DNA of 64,000 nt from a bacterium. Lineage in GTDB: Bacteria > UBA8248. Shown in pieces: positions 1 to 9,623 of the stretch; within the stretch, counting starts at the first letter, position 1, and each line of letters starts with the position of its first letter. The position numbers and the translations under genes were made by a program. The notes under the pieces are model-generated. The model did not search any database. It saw only the letters and a list, made by a program, of their open reading frames with translations, and had not been told where the DNA came from. The stretch covers positions 448,001 to 512,000 of the forward strand of contig OY843592.1 of the NCBI GenBank assembly GCA_963692865.2. The letters run 5' to 3'.

Positions 1-993
1 CTCGCGGAATACCGAAGGCTCCAGCGGCTCTCCCCCCGCGATGCAGGCGCGCAGGCTGGCCAGGCCGTACCCCTCCGCGATGTCGAGCATCTGCCTGTAG
101 CCCGAGGGCGTGCTGAAGCACACCGTGCCCTTGTATCTGTCGATGGCTTCGAGCAAATCGCGCGGCGTTCCCCGCTCCAGCAGAACCGAGGACGCCCCGA
201 AGCGCAGGGCGTCGGTGATGAAGGCGCAAAACCCGTACAGGAAGGCGATCTGCGGACTGCCGCAAACGACGTCTTCGGGCCCCAGGCCGAAAAGGTGTTT
301 GGGGAACGTGTCCGCCACGGCGAGCAGGTCGCGGTGAAAATGCACCGTGCCCTTGGGCGTGCCCGTAGACCCCGAGGTGAAGCCGATGAGGGCCACGTCG
401 TCCGCCGCCGTATCCGCGTTCCGGAACTCGGGCGAAACTTCGGCCATCAGGGCTTCGAGGCCGTCAGGCCCGTCGCCGCCGAACAGGACGACGTGCTTAA
501 GCGTCTCTGAAGCCTTCGCCGCGGCCAGCAAATCCGCGCTCAGCTTCTCGTCGCAAACCGCGAAGCCGACCCTGGCTTTCTCCAGCACGTAGGCCAGTTC
601 GCGCTCGCGCATCACGGGCATGGTCGGAATCACGACGCCGCCCGCCTTCAGGACCGCCAGGCACGCGGCCACGAGGGTGGGGTGGTTCGATGCGCGCAGG
701 AGCACGCGGTTTCCGGGAACGAGGCCGAAGCGCTCCGTCATCACCGAGGCGATGCGGTTCGCGTTCTCGAGCAGCGCGCCGTAGCTCCAAAGCGTCTCGC
801 CGTAATATATCGCGGGCCGCGCAGCCTGCGCGCCCACGGCCATCTCGTCTATCAACCCGGCGCCCGCGTTGATCCGCGCGGGATAGGCGGCAAGCTCCGG
901 CAGCACGCCGTAGTCCATCTCCGGCCACAGGGATTCAGGCGGCAGGTTGTCCCGCGCGAAGGTGTCCGTGTGTCCGCTCGCCTCAGCCGGCAT
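1..993 (-). CDS. Aromatic acid-CoA ligase (2-aminobenzoate/benzoate-CoA ligase family), truncated by the window edge
   Basis: Not in the ORF track (open at the edge). Manual translation from ATG 993: MPAEASGHTDTFARDNLPPESLWPEMDY...; AMP-binding loop FTSGSTGTPKGTVHFHRD at about 335-385; start overlaps the stop of the LLM gene. Confidence 0.85.
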   Translation of the reverse strand, partial: MPAEASGHTDTFARDNLPPESLWPEMDYGVLPELAAYPARINAGAGLIDEMAVGAQAARPAIYYGETLWSYGALLENANRIASVMTERFGLVPGNRVLLRASNHPTLVAACLAVLKAGGVVIPTMPVMRERELAYVLEKARVGFAVCDEKLSADLLAAAKASETLKHVVLFGGDGPDGLEALMAEVSPEFRNADTAADDVALIGFTSGSTGTPKGTVHFHRDLLAVADTFPKHLFGLGPEDVVCGSPQIAFLYGFCAFITDALRFGASSVLLERGTPRDLLEAIDRYKGTVCFSTPSGYRQMLDIAEGYGLASLRACIAGGEPLEPSVFRE

Positions 994-1948
994 GTCGCCT
1001 CGCCTCGGGCAGGAGTTCTCGGGCCAGCCGCGCCATGTGCTCCGCCTCCTCGTTCGCGGGCGCGGCCGTCTTGAAGATGAAGTGCCGGACGCCCGCCTCG
1101 CGGTACGCGGCGATTCGCTCGGCGCATCGCGCGACCGGGCCGTGGAGCAGGTATCTCTTCGCCGCATCGCGCATATCCATCCCATACCTCACGGAGAGGT
1201 TTTCCGCACCTTGTTGGAGAGCTTCATCCTCTTTATCACCCAGGTTCACGAACAGGTGAAGCGCGGGCGTCCAGGGCCGTTTCGGATCGTCCAGCGAGCG
1301 TCCCGCCTCATCCGCACAGCGGCGGACGCGCTCCACCGCCTTCCCGTAGCGCGAGGGTGAATAGAGATAAGGCGCGTAGCCGTCCGCCAGGAGAGCGGCG
1401 CGCCTTTGCGCGGCCTCGCTCCTGCCGCCCACCCAGATCGGCGGGCCGCCCGGGCTCAAGGGCGCCGGGCTCTGCCGCGCATCCGTGAAGCGGAAGAACC
1501 GCCCCTCGTGACTCACCGCCTCCCCCGACCACAGCTTGCGCAACACCTCGATGGCTTCGTCCGTGCGCGCGCCGCGCTCGGCGCCGGGAACACCGCAGAC
1601 CTCGAACTCGCGCGCCTCCTCGCCCCCCACGCCCACGCCGAAGACGAAGCGTCCGCCGCCGCTCAGGTAATCCACCGTGGCCGCCGCCTTCGCCGCGACG
1701 GCGGGCCGCCGCAAGGGCAGGAGATAGACGAGGCTGCCCAGGGTGATGCGTTCGGTCCTGGCCGCAGCGGCGGCGAGAGCGGCGAGGCTCTCCAGGTAAT
1801 TGCCGCGGAAGGCGACGTGGTCGTCCAGCCAGAAGGAGTCGAAGCCCGCCTGCTCCACCTTCTCGATGAAACCCAGGAAATCCGTGTGGGAGGGAGGATC
1901 GCCCGGCTGCATCCCGTAGCCGTATCCGTATTTCACCGCCTCGCTCAT
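983..1948 (-). CDS. LLM-class (luciferase-like) flavin/F420-dependent oxidoreductase
   Basis: GFDSFWLDDH, TVDYLSGGGRFVFGVGVG and PPIWVGG motifs. Confidence 0.9.
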   Translation of the reverse strand: MSEAVKYGYGYGMQPGDPPSHTDFLGFIEKVEQAGFDSFWLDDHVAFRGNYLESLAALAAAAARTERITLGSLVYLLPLRRPAVAAKAAATVDYLSGGGRFVFGVGVGGEEAREFEVCGVPGAERGARTDEAIEVLRKLWSGEAVSHEGRFFRFTDARQSPAPLSPGGPPIWVGGRSEAAQRRAALLADGYAPYLYSPSRYGKAVERVRRCADEAGRSLDDPKRPWTPALHLFVNLGDKEDEALQQGAENLSVRYGMDMRDAAKRYLLHGPVARCAERIAAYREAGVRHFIFKTAAPANEEAEHMARLARELLPEARRHAG

Positions 1949-1967
1949 GGGAATCCTTGAGATAAAA

Positions 1968-3992
1968 TCAGACCGAAGCGCTTAAGCGCAGGTGTCCGTA
2001 GACGTCCCGTCTCGCCGTCCAGCCGGGAGGGACGAGGGTGTTCGAGCCGTATTCCTCGATTACCGCAGGCCCGCTGATTTCCGCGTCCACCGGCAGGGAA
2101 TCGCGCCGGTAGACGGGGCAATCGGGAACGTCTTCCTCGAAAACGACGCTTCTTCTCTCCACGAGCGCGTCGTCCAGCCCGCCGCCGGGGTTTTCCGCCT
2201 TCACCCACCCCAGCTTGTCCACCATCCCCGACGCCCGCACCCGCAGGTTCACGATTTCGAGCGGGTCGCCCGGATGGCAATGCCCGTAGCGCGCCTCGTA
2301 GCGGGCGTGGAACTCGCCGCCTAAGGCATCCAGCCAGCCTTTCGATTCAGGAACCGGAATCGTGAGCTCGAACGCCTGCCCCACGTAGCGAACGTCCGCG
2401 TAGCGGAGCGTCTCGATTTCATTCAAGCCTGCCCCGCGCAACTGCGCAGCGCAGGGAGTCTTCAAATCCTCGAAAATGCGCTCCAACGCGCTTTCCCGCG
2501 CGTTCTCCAGAGCGGCGAAGCACGTCCCGACGTTCTCCTGCACGGCGTCCGCCATGAGGAGGCCCACGGCGGAGAAATTCCCCGGAAAGCGCGGCACGAC
2601 GACGCTCGACATGGAGAGTTCCCCCGCTATGAGGGCGGCGTGCAGCGGACCCGCGCCCCCGTAGGCGAGCAGGGTGTGTTCCCTGGGGTCGAAGCCGCGC
2701 TCAATGGAAATCTCGCGGATCGAACTCACCATCTTCATGACGGCCAGGTCGATCACCCCGCGCGCCATCGAAACCGCGTCGGGAAGCCCCAACTCCCCGG
2801 CAAGCGACGCGAGGGCGCGCTCCGCCTTTTCGGGGTGGAGTGCGAGTCCCCCGGCCAGGGGTGCGCGCGGGCCGATGCGCGAGAGGGCGACGTTCGCGTC
2901 CGTCACCGTCGGCTCCTCGCCCCCGAACCCGTAGCACGCCGGCCCCGGACGCGCGCCCGCGCTCCTGGGGCCCACGTGGAGCGCGCCGTCCTCATCGCGC
3001 CAGGCGATGCTCCCCCCGCCCGCGCCGACGGCGTTGATCTGAAGCTGCGAGGTCTTGAGCGGATACGCGCCGATGACGTTCTCCGTGCTGACGACGGGCA
3101 TACGATCGCGGATGAGGCACACGTCCGTGCTGGTGCCGCCCATGTCGTAGGTGATGAGATGATCGATCCCCAGCGACTCGGCGAGAGACAGCCCGCCCAC
3201 CACGCCGCCCGCAGGGCCCGAGAGTATCGTGCGCACCGGAAACCGCGCCGCCCGCTCCGCGTCGAGCATTCCGCCGTTCGAAGCCATGATGAACAGGGGC
3301 GCGCGGCAGTCCCGCTCGCGAAGCGCTTCTTCCAGACGGCCCACGTAGTTTTTGATCCTGGGGCCGAGGTAGGCGTTCAGCGCCGCCGTGGAGAAACGCT
3401 CGAACTCTCGGTATTCGGGCACAACCTCATGAGAGAGCGTGAGATAGACCCCCGGCAGCATTTCCTCCAGATACTCCGCCGTGCGCCTTTCGTTCTCCCC
3501 GTTGGCGTAGGCGTGGAGATAGCAGACGGCGAGGGCTTCCGCGCCCAGGCGCTTCAGGCGTTCGGCCTGCTCCTCGACGTCGGCTCCCTCCACCCGCTTC
3601 TCGATGCGCCCGTCGGCCAGGGCGCGCTCCTCGATTTCGAGCCGCATCTCGCGGGGGACGACGGGCTTTGGCCGGACGAACTTCGGGTCGAACAGGCTCC
3701 GGGGCACGAGGCGCTGCGTCCTGCCGATCTCCAGAACATCGCGGAAGCCGCGCGTCGTCAAAATCGCGGCGCGCGCGCCCGCGCCTTCCAGTATCGCATT
3801 GGTGCCGACGGTGGTTCCGTGCGTGATCCGCCCGATGGCGGCGAGGTCGAGACCCTCCATCGCCTCGAGAAAAACGGCGTCCTCTCTCCCGCGAAGCGTG
3901 GGAATCTTGGAAACCTCTATCCGCTCCTCGTCCTCATCGTAGAAAACGAGGTCGGTGAAGGTTCCTCCGGTGTCTATACCGACAAGACTCAA
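1968..3992 (-). CDS. Hydantoinase/oxoprolinase, ATP-binding A subunit
   Basis: GIDTGGTFTD, HGTTVGTNA, SGPAGG, DMGGTSTD, GPRSAGARPGPACYG; TTG start. Confidence 0.93.
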   Translation of the reverse strand: MSLVGIDTGGTFTDLVFYDEDEERIEVSKIPTLRGREDAVFLEAMEGLDLAAIGRITHGTTVGTNAILEGAGARAAILTTRGFRDVLEIGRTQRLVPRSLFDPKFVRPKPVVPREMRLEIEERALADGRIEKRVEGADVEEQAERLKRLGAEALAVCYLHAYANGENERRTAEYLEEMLPGVYLTLSHEVVPEYREFERFSTAALNAYLGPRIKNYVGRLEEALRERDCRAPLFIMASNGGMLDAERAARFPVRTILSGPAGGVVGGLSLAESLGIDHLITYDMGGTSTDVCLIRDRMPVVSTENVIGAYPLKTSQLQINAVGAGGGSIAWRDEDGALHVGPRSAGARPGPACYGFGGEEPTVTDANVALSRIGPRAPLAGGLALHPEKAERALASLAGELGLPDAVSMARGVIDLAVMKMVSSIREISIERGFDPREHTLLAYGGAGPLHAALIAGELSMSSVVVPRFPGNFSAVGLLMADAVQENVGTCFAALENARESALERIFEDLKTPCAAQLRGAGLNEIETLRYADVRYVGQAFELTIPVPESKGWLDALGGEFHARYEARYGHCHPGDPLEIVNLRVRASGMVDKLGWVKAENPGGGLDDALVERRSVVFEEDVPDCPVYRRDSLPVDAEISGPAVIEEYGSNTLVPPGWTARRDVYGHLRLSASV

Positions 3993-4263
3993 TGCGCAGG
4001 CCGTCCCTGAAAATCATGCAAATAAACCGTACTCATGGTTGTTCATTCAGAAGGTTCCATGGCGATGATACATGGGTCTTTGAATCAACCAAAGGTTCTT
4101 TTGAGAATCACGCGCGATTCGATTCGCATTTCCCGGCGGCATATGATGCTCCAACCCGCCCGGATCAAGTTGAGGAATGAACTCTAAAACGATATGATTT
4201 CATTCGCGAGCGTTCCAGAGGACCCGATACTTCAACCCGAGTCCTTGAGGAGAGCGTGGGAAA

Positions 4264-4761
4264 ATGACGGAATTTCAAGCAGCGACATTGGCGTTAATGG
4301 AACTGAATATCTGGGTTGTCGCTATCGTCGGAGGCTTGCAATGCCTCCTGATAGGCAGCGGTATCGCCGCCATGCTGTGGGGGAACAGAGTCCGCTCGAA
4401 ACAGCAGGACGAGAATTCCGCGGCACTTAGAGAACTCATCGAGGAAGGCAGAGAATCTAGAGCGGCTTTCCGGGATAGCTTGAATGAACTTATCGAGGAA
4501 GGCAGAAAAGAACGCAGAGAATCCGGCGAAGCATGGAGAAAATTCATCGAGGAAGGCAGGGAACAGCGTAGAGAATCCAGCGAAGCCCTGAGTGCGCTCA
4601 TCGAGGAAGGCAGAGAATCCAGAGCGGCTTTCCGGGATAGCTTGAATGAACTTATCGAGGAAGGCAGAGAACGAGGCAGGGAGTCAAGAGAAGCGCTACG
4701 GGAAACCGTGGCGCAAAGCAGGGCGTCGACGGAAGCCTTGCAGGTCCTGCTCCAAAAATAA
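4264..4761 (+). CDS. Hypothetical membrane-anchored helical protein with 18-aa tandem repeats
   Basis: N-terminal hydrophobic segment; IEEGR recurs at exactly 54-bp spacing (4438, 4492, 4546, 4600, 4654). Confidence 0.7.
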   Translation: MTEFQAATLALMELNIWVVAIVGGLQCLLIGSGIAAMLWGNRVRSKQQDENSAALRELIEEGRESRAAFRDSLNELIEEGRKERRESGEAWRKFIEEGREQRRESSEALSALIEEGRESRAAFRDSLNELIEEGRERGRESREALRETVAQSRASTEALQVLLQK

Positions 4762-4809
4762 AAACATCCTCATCAACTTGAATGCCATTCCCGAAATCAC
4801 CTTAACCGC

Positions 4810-6831
4810 TCACACGCTCACGGGAGAGAGGAACACGGCGTCGCCCTCCTCCGCGTCGAGTACGGCGACGCCGTCCGCGGCGAGGCCCGCCGCGTTCTCG
4901 GGAAACGCGTCGTCCGCCTCCACCCAAGCGCGAAGCGGCACCCCCCACTTCCCGCGCAATTCGACCAGATCCCCCTCCTGAAGACCCCGCCCGGCGAGCG
5001 TCGCCGGGTTCATATGGCACCTGCGACGGGAATCCTCCCGCGCGTCTTCATCTGCGAGAACGAGGGTGAGCGCGCGCCTCGCGGCCCGGGCGGCCTGCCT
5101 GCGCGCGCGCGTTTCCTCCTCATCCACGGCGCCGTCGCGCACGATGACGGCGTAATCCTCTCTCGCTCCATCTTCCGTCACGTAGCCCGCGCGCACGTCG
5201 GCGAGAACCGACTCGGCTTCCCGTTGAAACGGGTCGCCGAAACCACCGCCGCCCGATGTCTCCATGACGAAAACATCCCCTCTCTCAAGAGGAAAACCCG
5301 CCGCCTTGCCGGGCGTCCCGGAAGGCGCAAGCGTTTCGCCGCCCCGCGCGACACCGAAGCGGTTGGGTTTTCCCGGCCCGCCGCCGAGCACGCCGAAGGG
5401 CGGAATCACGTTCTTGTCCGAAGAAATCGAGAGCAGCGCGCTCTCCGCCAGCACCTCCACCTCGCGGCGAAGGCCGAGTCCACCCCTGCGAAAGCCCGCT
5501 CCGCCCGAATCGGCACGCAGGGAGAGTCCCCTGATCTTGAGCGGCTGACCCTGTTCGATGACCTCGACCGATTGGATCGAGGCGAAATCCCCTTCCGTGA
5601 AGTTCCGCGTCGCGCTGTTGCCGTCGCTTTCTGCAAAGCCGCCCGTGCCGCCCGCCGGAAACTCGTAGAAGAGAAACGGCGCCCCGCTTCGCGCGTCCCG
5701 CCCGCCGATGTAGACGTGGTTCGACGTGCCCTTGAGGTCGCCCGTAACGACGTCGGACGCGAATCGCGCCGCAGCGCCGATGAGGGCGGAGACCACGGCG
5801 TGGCTCACCTCCATGGATCCTGCGCAACTCGCGGGGTATCGCGCCGACAGCAGGGAGCCGGGCTCGACCTCGATGGTGAGCGGACGGAAGGCCCCGTGGT
5901 TGATCGCGCCTTTGGGATCGAGAAACGCCTTGATGACGCTGAATGCGGCCGATGGGGCCATGGCGGGGCCGACGTTGTAGGCCCCTTTGGTCTGCGGGTC
6001 GGTTCCGTGAAAATCGACGAGCAGTTCATCGCCGGTTTTCTCGACCCTCACCCGGATGCGAATAGGATTAAGCGAATGCCCGTCGTGATCCATGAAATGC
6101 TCGTAGATGGATTCCCCGTCCGGCAGGGCGGCGATTCTGCGGCGCATGGAAGCCTCGGCGCGATCGAGCAGGCGATTCTTCGCGGCGAGGATGACGACCC
6201 ATCCGTATTTAACCGCAAGTTCTTCCAGTCTTTTGTGGGCGGTGTGGCAGGTGGCGAGCATGGCGAAGAAATCCCCGCGCCGCTCCTCGGGAACCCGCAT
6301 GTTGTGCAGGAGAAGGTCGAGAAGCCCCTTGTTGAGCCTCCCCCGCTCGATGATCCTCAGTATGGGGATGCGCACCCCGTCGTGCAAAATCTCGGTGTTC
6401 TTGCCGGAAATGCTCCCCGGCGTCGTGCCGCCCACGTCGCCCCAGTGGGCGCGGACGACGGGGTAGACCGCCATATTCGCGCCATGGAACAGGGGCGAGA
6501 TGATCGCCACGTCGTTCAGGTGCGTTCCGCCTGTATAGGGGTCGTTGTGAATGAATACGTCGCCCGGGTGGATGTCTCCCCCGAAGCGCTCCAGCATCTG
6601 CCCGACTTCCATCGGCACCGGGAAGATATGGACGGGGTTGTCCTCCGCCATGGCGACGAGCTGACCCTCGCCGTCCACGAGCACGCAGGAGAAATCGTGC
6701 CCCTCATAGATGATGGAGGAATACGCCGTGCGCACCATGTTCGCGCGCATCTCGCGGACGACGGCGACGAAGGACTCGTTGATGACTTCAAGCGTTATGG
6801 GGTCGATATCCCCGACACGTTCCCGGCTCAT
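4810..6831 (-). CDS. Hydantoinase B/oxoprolinase subunit with C-terminal extension
   Basis: DPITLEV, NDPYTGGTHLND, AHWGDVGG, DSGGAGFRRGGLG, GGGGFGDP. Confidence 0.93.
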   Translation of the reverse strand: MSRERVGDIDPITLEVINESFVAVVREMRANMVRTAYSSIIYEGHDFSCVLVDGEGQLVAMAEDNPVHIFPVPMEVGQMLERFGGDIHPGDVFIHNDPYTGGTHLNDVAIISPLFHGANMAVYPVVRAHWGDVGGTTPGSISGKNTEILHDGVRIPILRIIERGRLNKGLLDLLLHNMRVPEERRGDFFAMLATCHTAHKRLEELAVKYGWVVILAAKNRLLDRAEASMRRRIAALPDGESIYEHFMDHDGHSLNPIRIRVRVEKTGDELLVDFHGTDPQTKGAYNVGPAMAPSAAFSVIKAFLDPKGAINHGAFRPLTIEVEPGSLLSARYPASCAGSMEVSHAVVSALIGAAARFASDVVTGDLKGTSNHVYIGGRDARSGAPFLFYEFPAGGTGGFAESDGNSATRNFTEGDFASIQSVEVIEQGQPLKIRGLSLRADSGGAGFRRGGLGLRREVEVLAESALLSISSDKNVIPPFGVLGGGPGKPNRFGVARGGETLAPSGTPGKAAGFPLERGDVFVMETSGGGGFGDPFQREAESVLADVRAGYVTEDGAREDYAVIVRDGAVDEEETRARRQAARAARRALTLVLADEDAREDSRRRCHMNPATLAGRGLQEGDLVELRGKWGVPLRAWVEADDAFPENAAGLAADGVAVLDAEEGDAVFLSPVSV

Positions 6832-7035
6832 GGGTTTCCCGTTCAGTAAATCGTGGACGATGGCCGCATCTTAGCCCGAACGGGGCGGTTTGTTCACCCG
6901 GCTCGAGGGTATGCGTTTCGACCTCGAACCGGGAGATGGATTTATCCTGTATTTTTCTCCCGAAACGACTATACTGCCCCATCCTCAGCAAGATGAACGT
7001 GCGCAGCGTTGGTGCGCCATGAAAAGGAGCCCCGG

Positions 7036-7692
7036 ATGGATTCCGACGCAGTATTTTTTGCAGACGTCGATACGGCGACGCTCGGCGACGCCGCAACGGC
7101 CCTGGGTCTGAACCTCATCATGGAAGGCCCTCGGCCCAACGCGCCCGAGACGTATCCTCGATTCGCAGGACCTGCCGCCACCATGGTGTTCGCGCCGGTG
7201 CGGGAACCGGGAGCCAAGGCTCTCTTCAGTCTCTATGACGCTGTGGAAGAAGTACCCGAAGGCTCGGTGGTCGTCGTCGACGCCGCCGGCTCTCCCCTGG
7301 CCGTTTGGGGGGGAGGAGCGAGCAGCGTCTGCAAACGGCGCGGCGCGCTCGGCTGCGTAATCGACGGGGCGACCCGCGATCTCGAAGCATTGCGCGATCT
7401 CGATTTTCCCGTGTTCAGCAAATCGGTATGGAGCCTGGCCTTTCCCAAGCGCCTGGAAGTCGCGGCGAAAGACGTGGCCGTCACCTGCTGCGGAGTGCGC
7501 GTGGCGCCGGGGGACATCGTCGTTGCGGATATCGACGGCGTGGCCGTCGTTCCGCAAAGCTCTCTGAAAAAGGTGAAACGACAGGTCACCCGGATTCGCT
7601 ACATAGAAAATGAGGTCAAGGGCCGCATCGCCGGGGGCGAATCGATGCGCGACCTCTTTCCCCGCCTCGCGCAGAAGTTCGACACCGATTGA
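7036..7692 (+). CDS. RraA/HMG aldolase family protein
   Basis: AGPAAT, AVWGG, VIDGATRD, VAPGDIVVADIDGVAVVP; RBS AAGGAG before ATG 7036. Confidence 0.88.
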   Translation: MDSDAVFFADVDTATLGDAATALGLNLIMEGPRPNAPETYPRFAGPAATMVFAPVREPGAKALFSLYDAVEEVPEGSVVVVDAAGSPLAVWGGGASSVCKRRGALGCVIDGATRDLEALRDLDFPVFSKSVWSLAFPKRLEVAAKDVAVTCCGVRVAPGDIVVADIDGVAVVPQSSLKKVKRQVTRIRYIENEVKGRIAGGESMRDLFPRLAQKFDTD

Positions 7693-7722
7693 CATGCAAC
7701 TGACGCTTTACGGGAGACGACC

Positions 7723-8823
7723 ATGACGCATGAGGTATCAGCCGTCGTCGAGACGCCCGGAACAATAAATTTGCGGGAGTTTCCCTTGCCCGAGATAGGG
7801 GATGAGGAAGGCCTGCTCCATGTCGATATGGTGGGCGTCTGCTCCTCGGATTACAAATACTTTAACGGCAAGGTCGCCCACAGGTGGAGCTACCCCATCA
7901 TCATGGGCCACGAGATGGTGGGCCGTCTCGCCAAGGCCGGCAAGAACGTCCAGAAGCGCCTCGGCGTCAAGGAGGGCGACCGCCTCGTGGTGGAGGCGCA
8001 GGTGGGCTGCAACCAGTGCTGGTACTGCCACACCGGCAACCGCCGCCTGTGCAAGGACGCGATGGTCTACGGCAGCGTGCGCTCCTGTGCGGAGCCGCCC
8101 CATCTTTGGGGCGCGTATGGGCAATACGTATACCTGCCGCCTGGCGCGGGAATCCACAAGGCGCCCGACGGCCTCACGGATGAGTCCGCCGTGCTCATCA
8201 CCGCCGTGCTCGCGAACGGGGTGCGGTGGGCGCGCGATCTGGGCGGCATTTCGGTCGGCGACACCGTTGTGGTGCAAGGCCCCGGTCCCCAGGGTCTCTG
8301 CGCGTGCGCCGTGGCGAAGCACACCGGAGCCGGGCAGGTAATAGTCACCGGCCTCGCGCGCGACGCGAAACGCCTGGAGGCGGCGAAGCGCTTCGGCGCG
8401 GATTACGCCATCGACGTCGATGCCTCAGACCCCGCGAAGGAAGTCCGCGAGCTCACGGGCGGTCGCATGGCGGACGTGGTGGTTGATGTGACGGGCAGCC
8501 CCGCCGCCGCGAGCCTCGCACCCAAGCTCGTCCGCAGGCTGGGCACGGTGGTGCTGGCCGGACTCACCGGCGGCCAGAAAGGCTCTTTGGAACTCGACCC
8601 CTTGGTGTGGGGCGAAATACGAATACAGGGCGCATACAGCCACACGAGCGACGCCGTGCGGGGCGCGCTCGATTTCGCGGCGAACTCGCCGTATCCTTTC
8701 GAGGAGATGGTGACCCACCGCTTCCCGCTCGCCGAGGCAGAGCGCGCCGTGCGCATCACGGGCGGGGAGTTTCCCGAAGAAGAACAGGTGAAAACCGTGC
8801 TCCAGCCGTGGCGGGACCTCTAA
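7723..8823 (+). CDS. Zinc-dependent alcohol dehydrogenase (MDR family)
   Basis: GVCSSD, GHE, structural Zn CNQCWYC...C, GPGPQG. Confidence 0.92.
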   Translation: MTHEVSAVVETPGTINLREFPLPEIGDEEGLLHVDMVGVCSSDYKYFNGKVAHRWSYPIIMGHEMVGRLAKAGKNVQKRLGVKEGDRLVVEAQVGCNQCWYCHTGNRRLCKDAMVYGSVRSCAEPPHLWGAYGQYVYLPPGAGIHKAPDGLTDESAVLITAVLANGVRWARDLGGISVGDTVVVQGPGPQGLCACAVAKHTGAGQVIVTGLARDAKRLEAAKRFGADYAIDVDASDPAKEVRELTGGRMADVVVDVTGSPAAASLAPKLVRRLGTVVLAGLTGGQKGSLELDPLVWGEIRIQGAYSHTSDAVRGALDFAANSPYPFEEMVTHRFPLAEAERAVRITGGEFPEEEQVKTVLQPWRDL

Positions 8824-8938
8824 CCGGCGCCGAAAACGCCCGGTTGACCCCGCGTCCATGCTTCTGTACAAAGTTTCTATACTGAAAAAGGGAAATCCCG
8901 GGCATCGGACACTCGCTTCCCCATGAGGGGGTAATTCC

Positions 8939-9607
8939 GTGTCGGAGTGGATATTCTTACCTTTCGTGGTGATATTCAAAGTCATTGCCTGGATTTTCAC
9001 CACCCTGATCCAGCCGCCGCTCATGCTCATCAGCATCCCTCTTTTTCACTACGTCGTTCCCGTCATCCTCATCATCTGCTTCGTCACATACCTCGTGCGT
9101 CAGGTAAAGAACGAGGGCGGGGTGTACCTGTTTCGCAATCTGGAGGAAATTCTCGCGTTTCCCTTCCTCGCGGCCATCGGATATCTCGTCTTCATGCAGG
9201 TGTATTTCCGATACGTCCTGAACGACCCCATCGTATGGGCCGAGGAGATCACGCTGCTGTGCTTCCACTGGGCCATTTTTATCGGCGCCGCGCTCGCATA
9301 CAAGCACGGCGAGAAGCTGGCCATGGAAACATTCATCGGTCACTTTCCAGAGAATTTACAGAGAAGAATTTACACCATCACCGAACTCCTCATCTTCTTG
9401 ACACTTCTGCTGCTCCTGTACCAGGGGATTCAGGTGGCGATTCTGGAATGGACCTATCCTTCCTCGGCGCTCGAATTCCCGCAGACCTATCAAAGTGCGT
9501 CTTTTCCCGTGGGCATGACCCTGATGGTCATCCATTCGGGGCGGCTGCTATGGGGCCTGGTAACGGGAAAAGCGGAACTGGGGCATCGGAGTTCGCCCGC
9601 GGTGTAA
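8939..9607 (+). CDS. dctQ: TRAP transporter small permease (DctQ) with extra N-terminal hydrophobic segment
   Basis: QVYFRYVLNDPIVWAEEI motif; directly upstream of dctM. Confidence 0.85.
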   Translation: MSEWIFLPFVVIFKVIAWIFTTLIQPPLMLISIPLFHYVVPVILIICFVTYLVRQVKNEGGVYLFRNLEEILAFPFLAAIGYLVFMQVYFRYVLNDPIVWAEEITLLCFHWAIFIGAALAYKHGEKLAMETFIGHFPENLQRRIYTITELLIFLTLLLLLYQGIQVAILEWTYPSSALEFPQTYQSASFPVGMTLMVIHSGRLLWGLVTGKAELGHRSSPAV

Positions 9608-9623
9608 TCGCGAAGGAGTCGGC

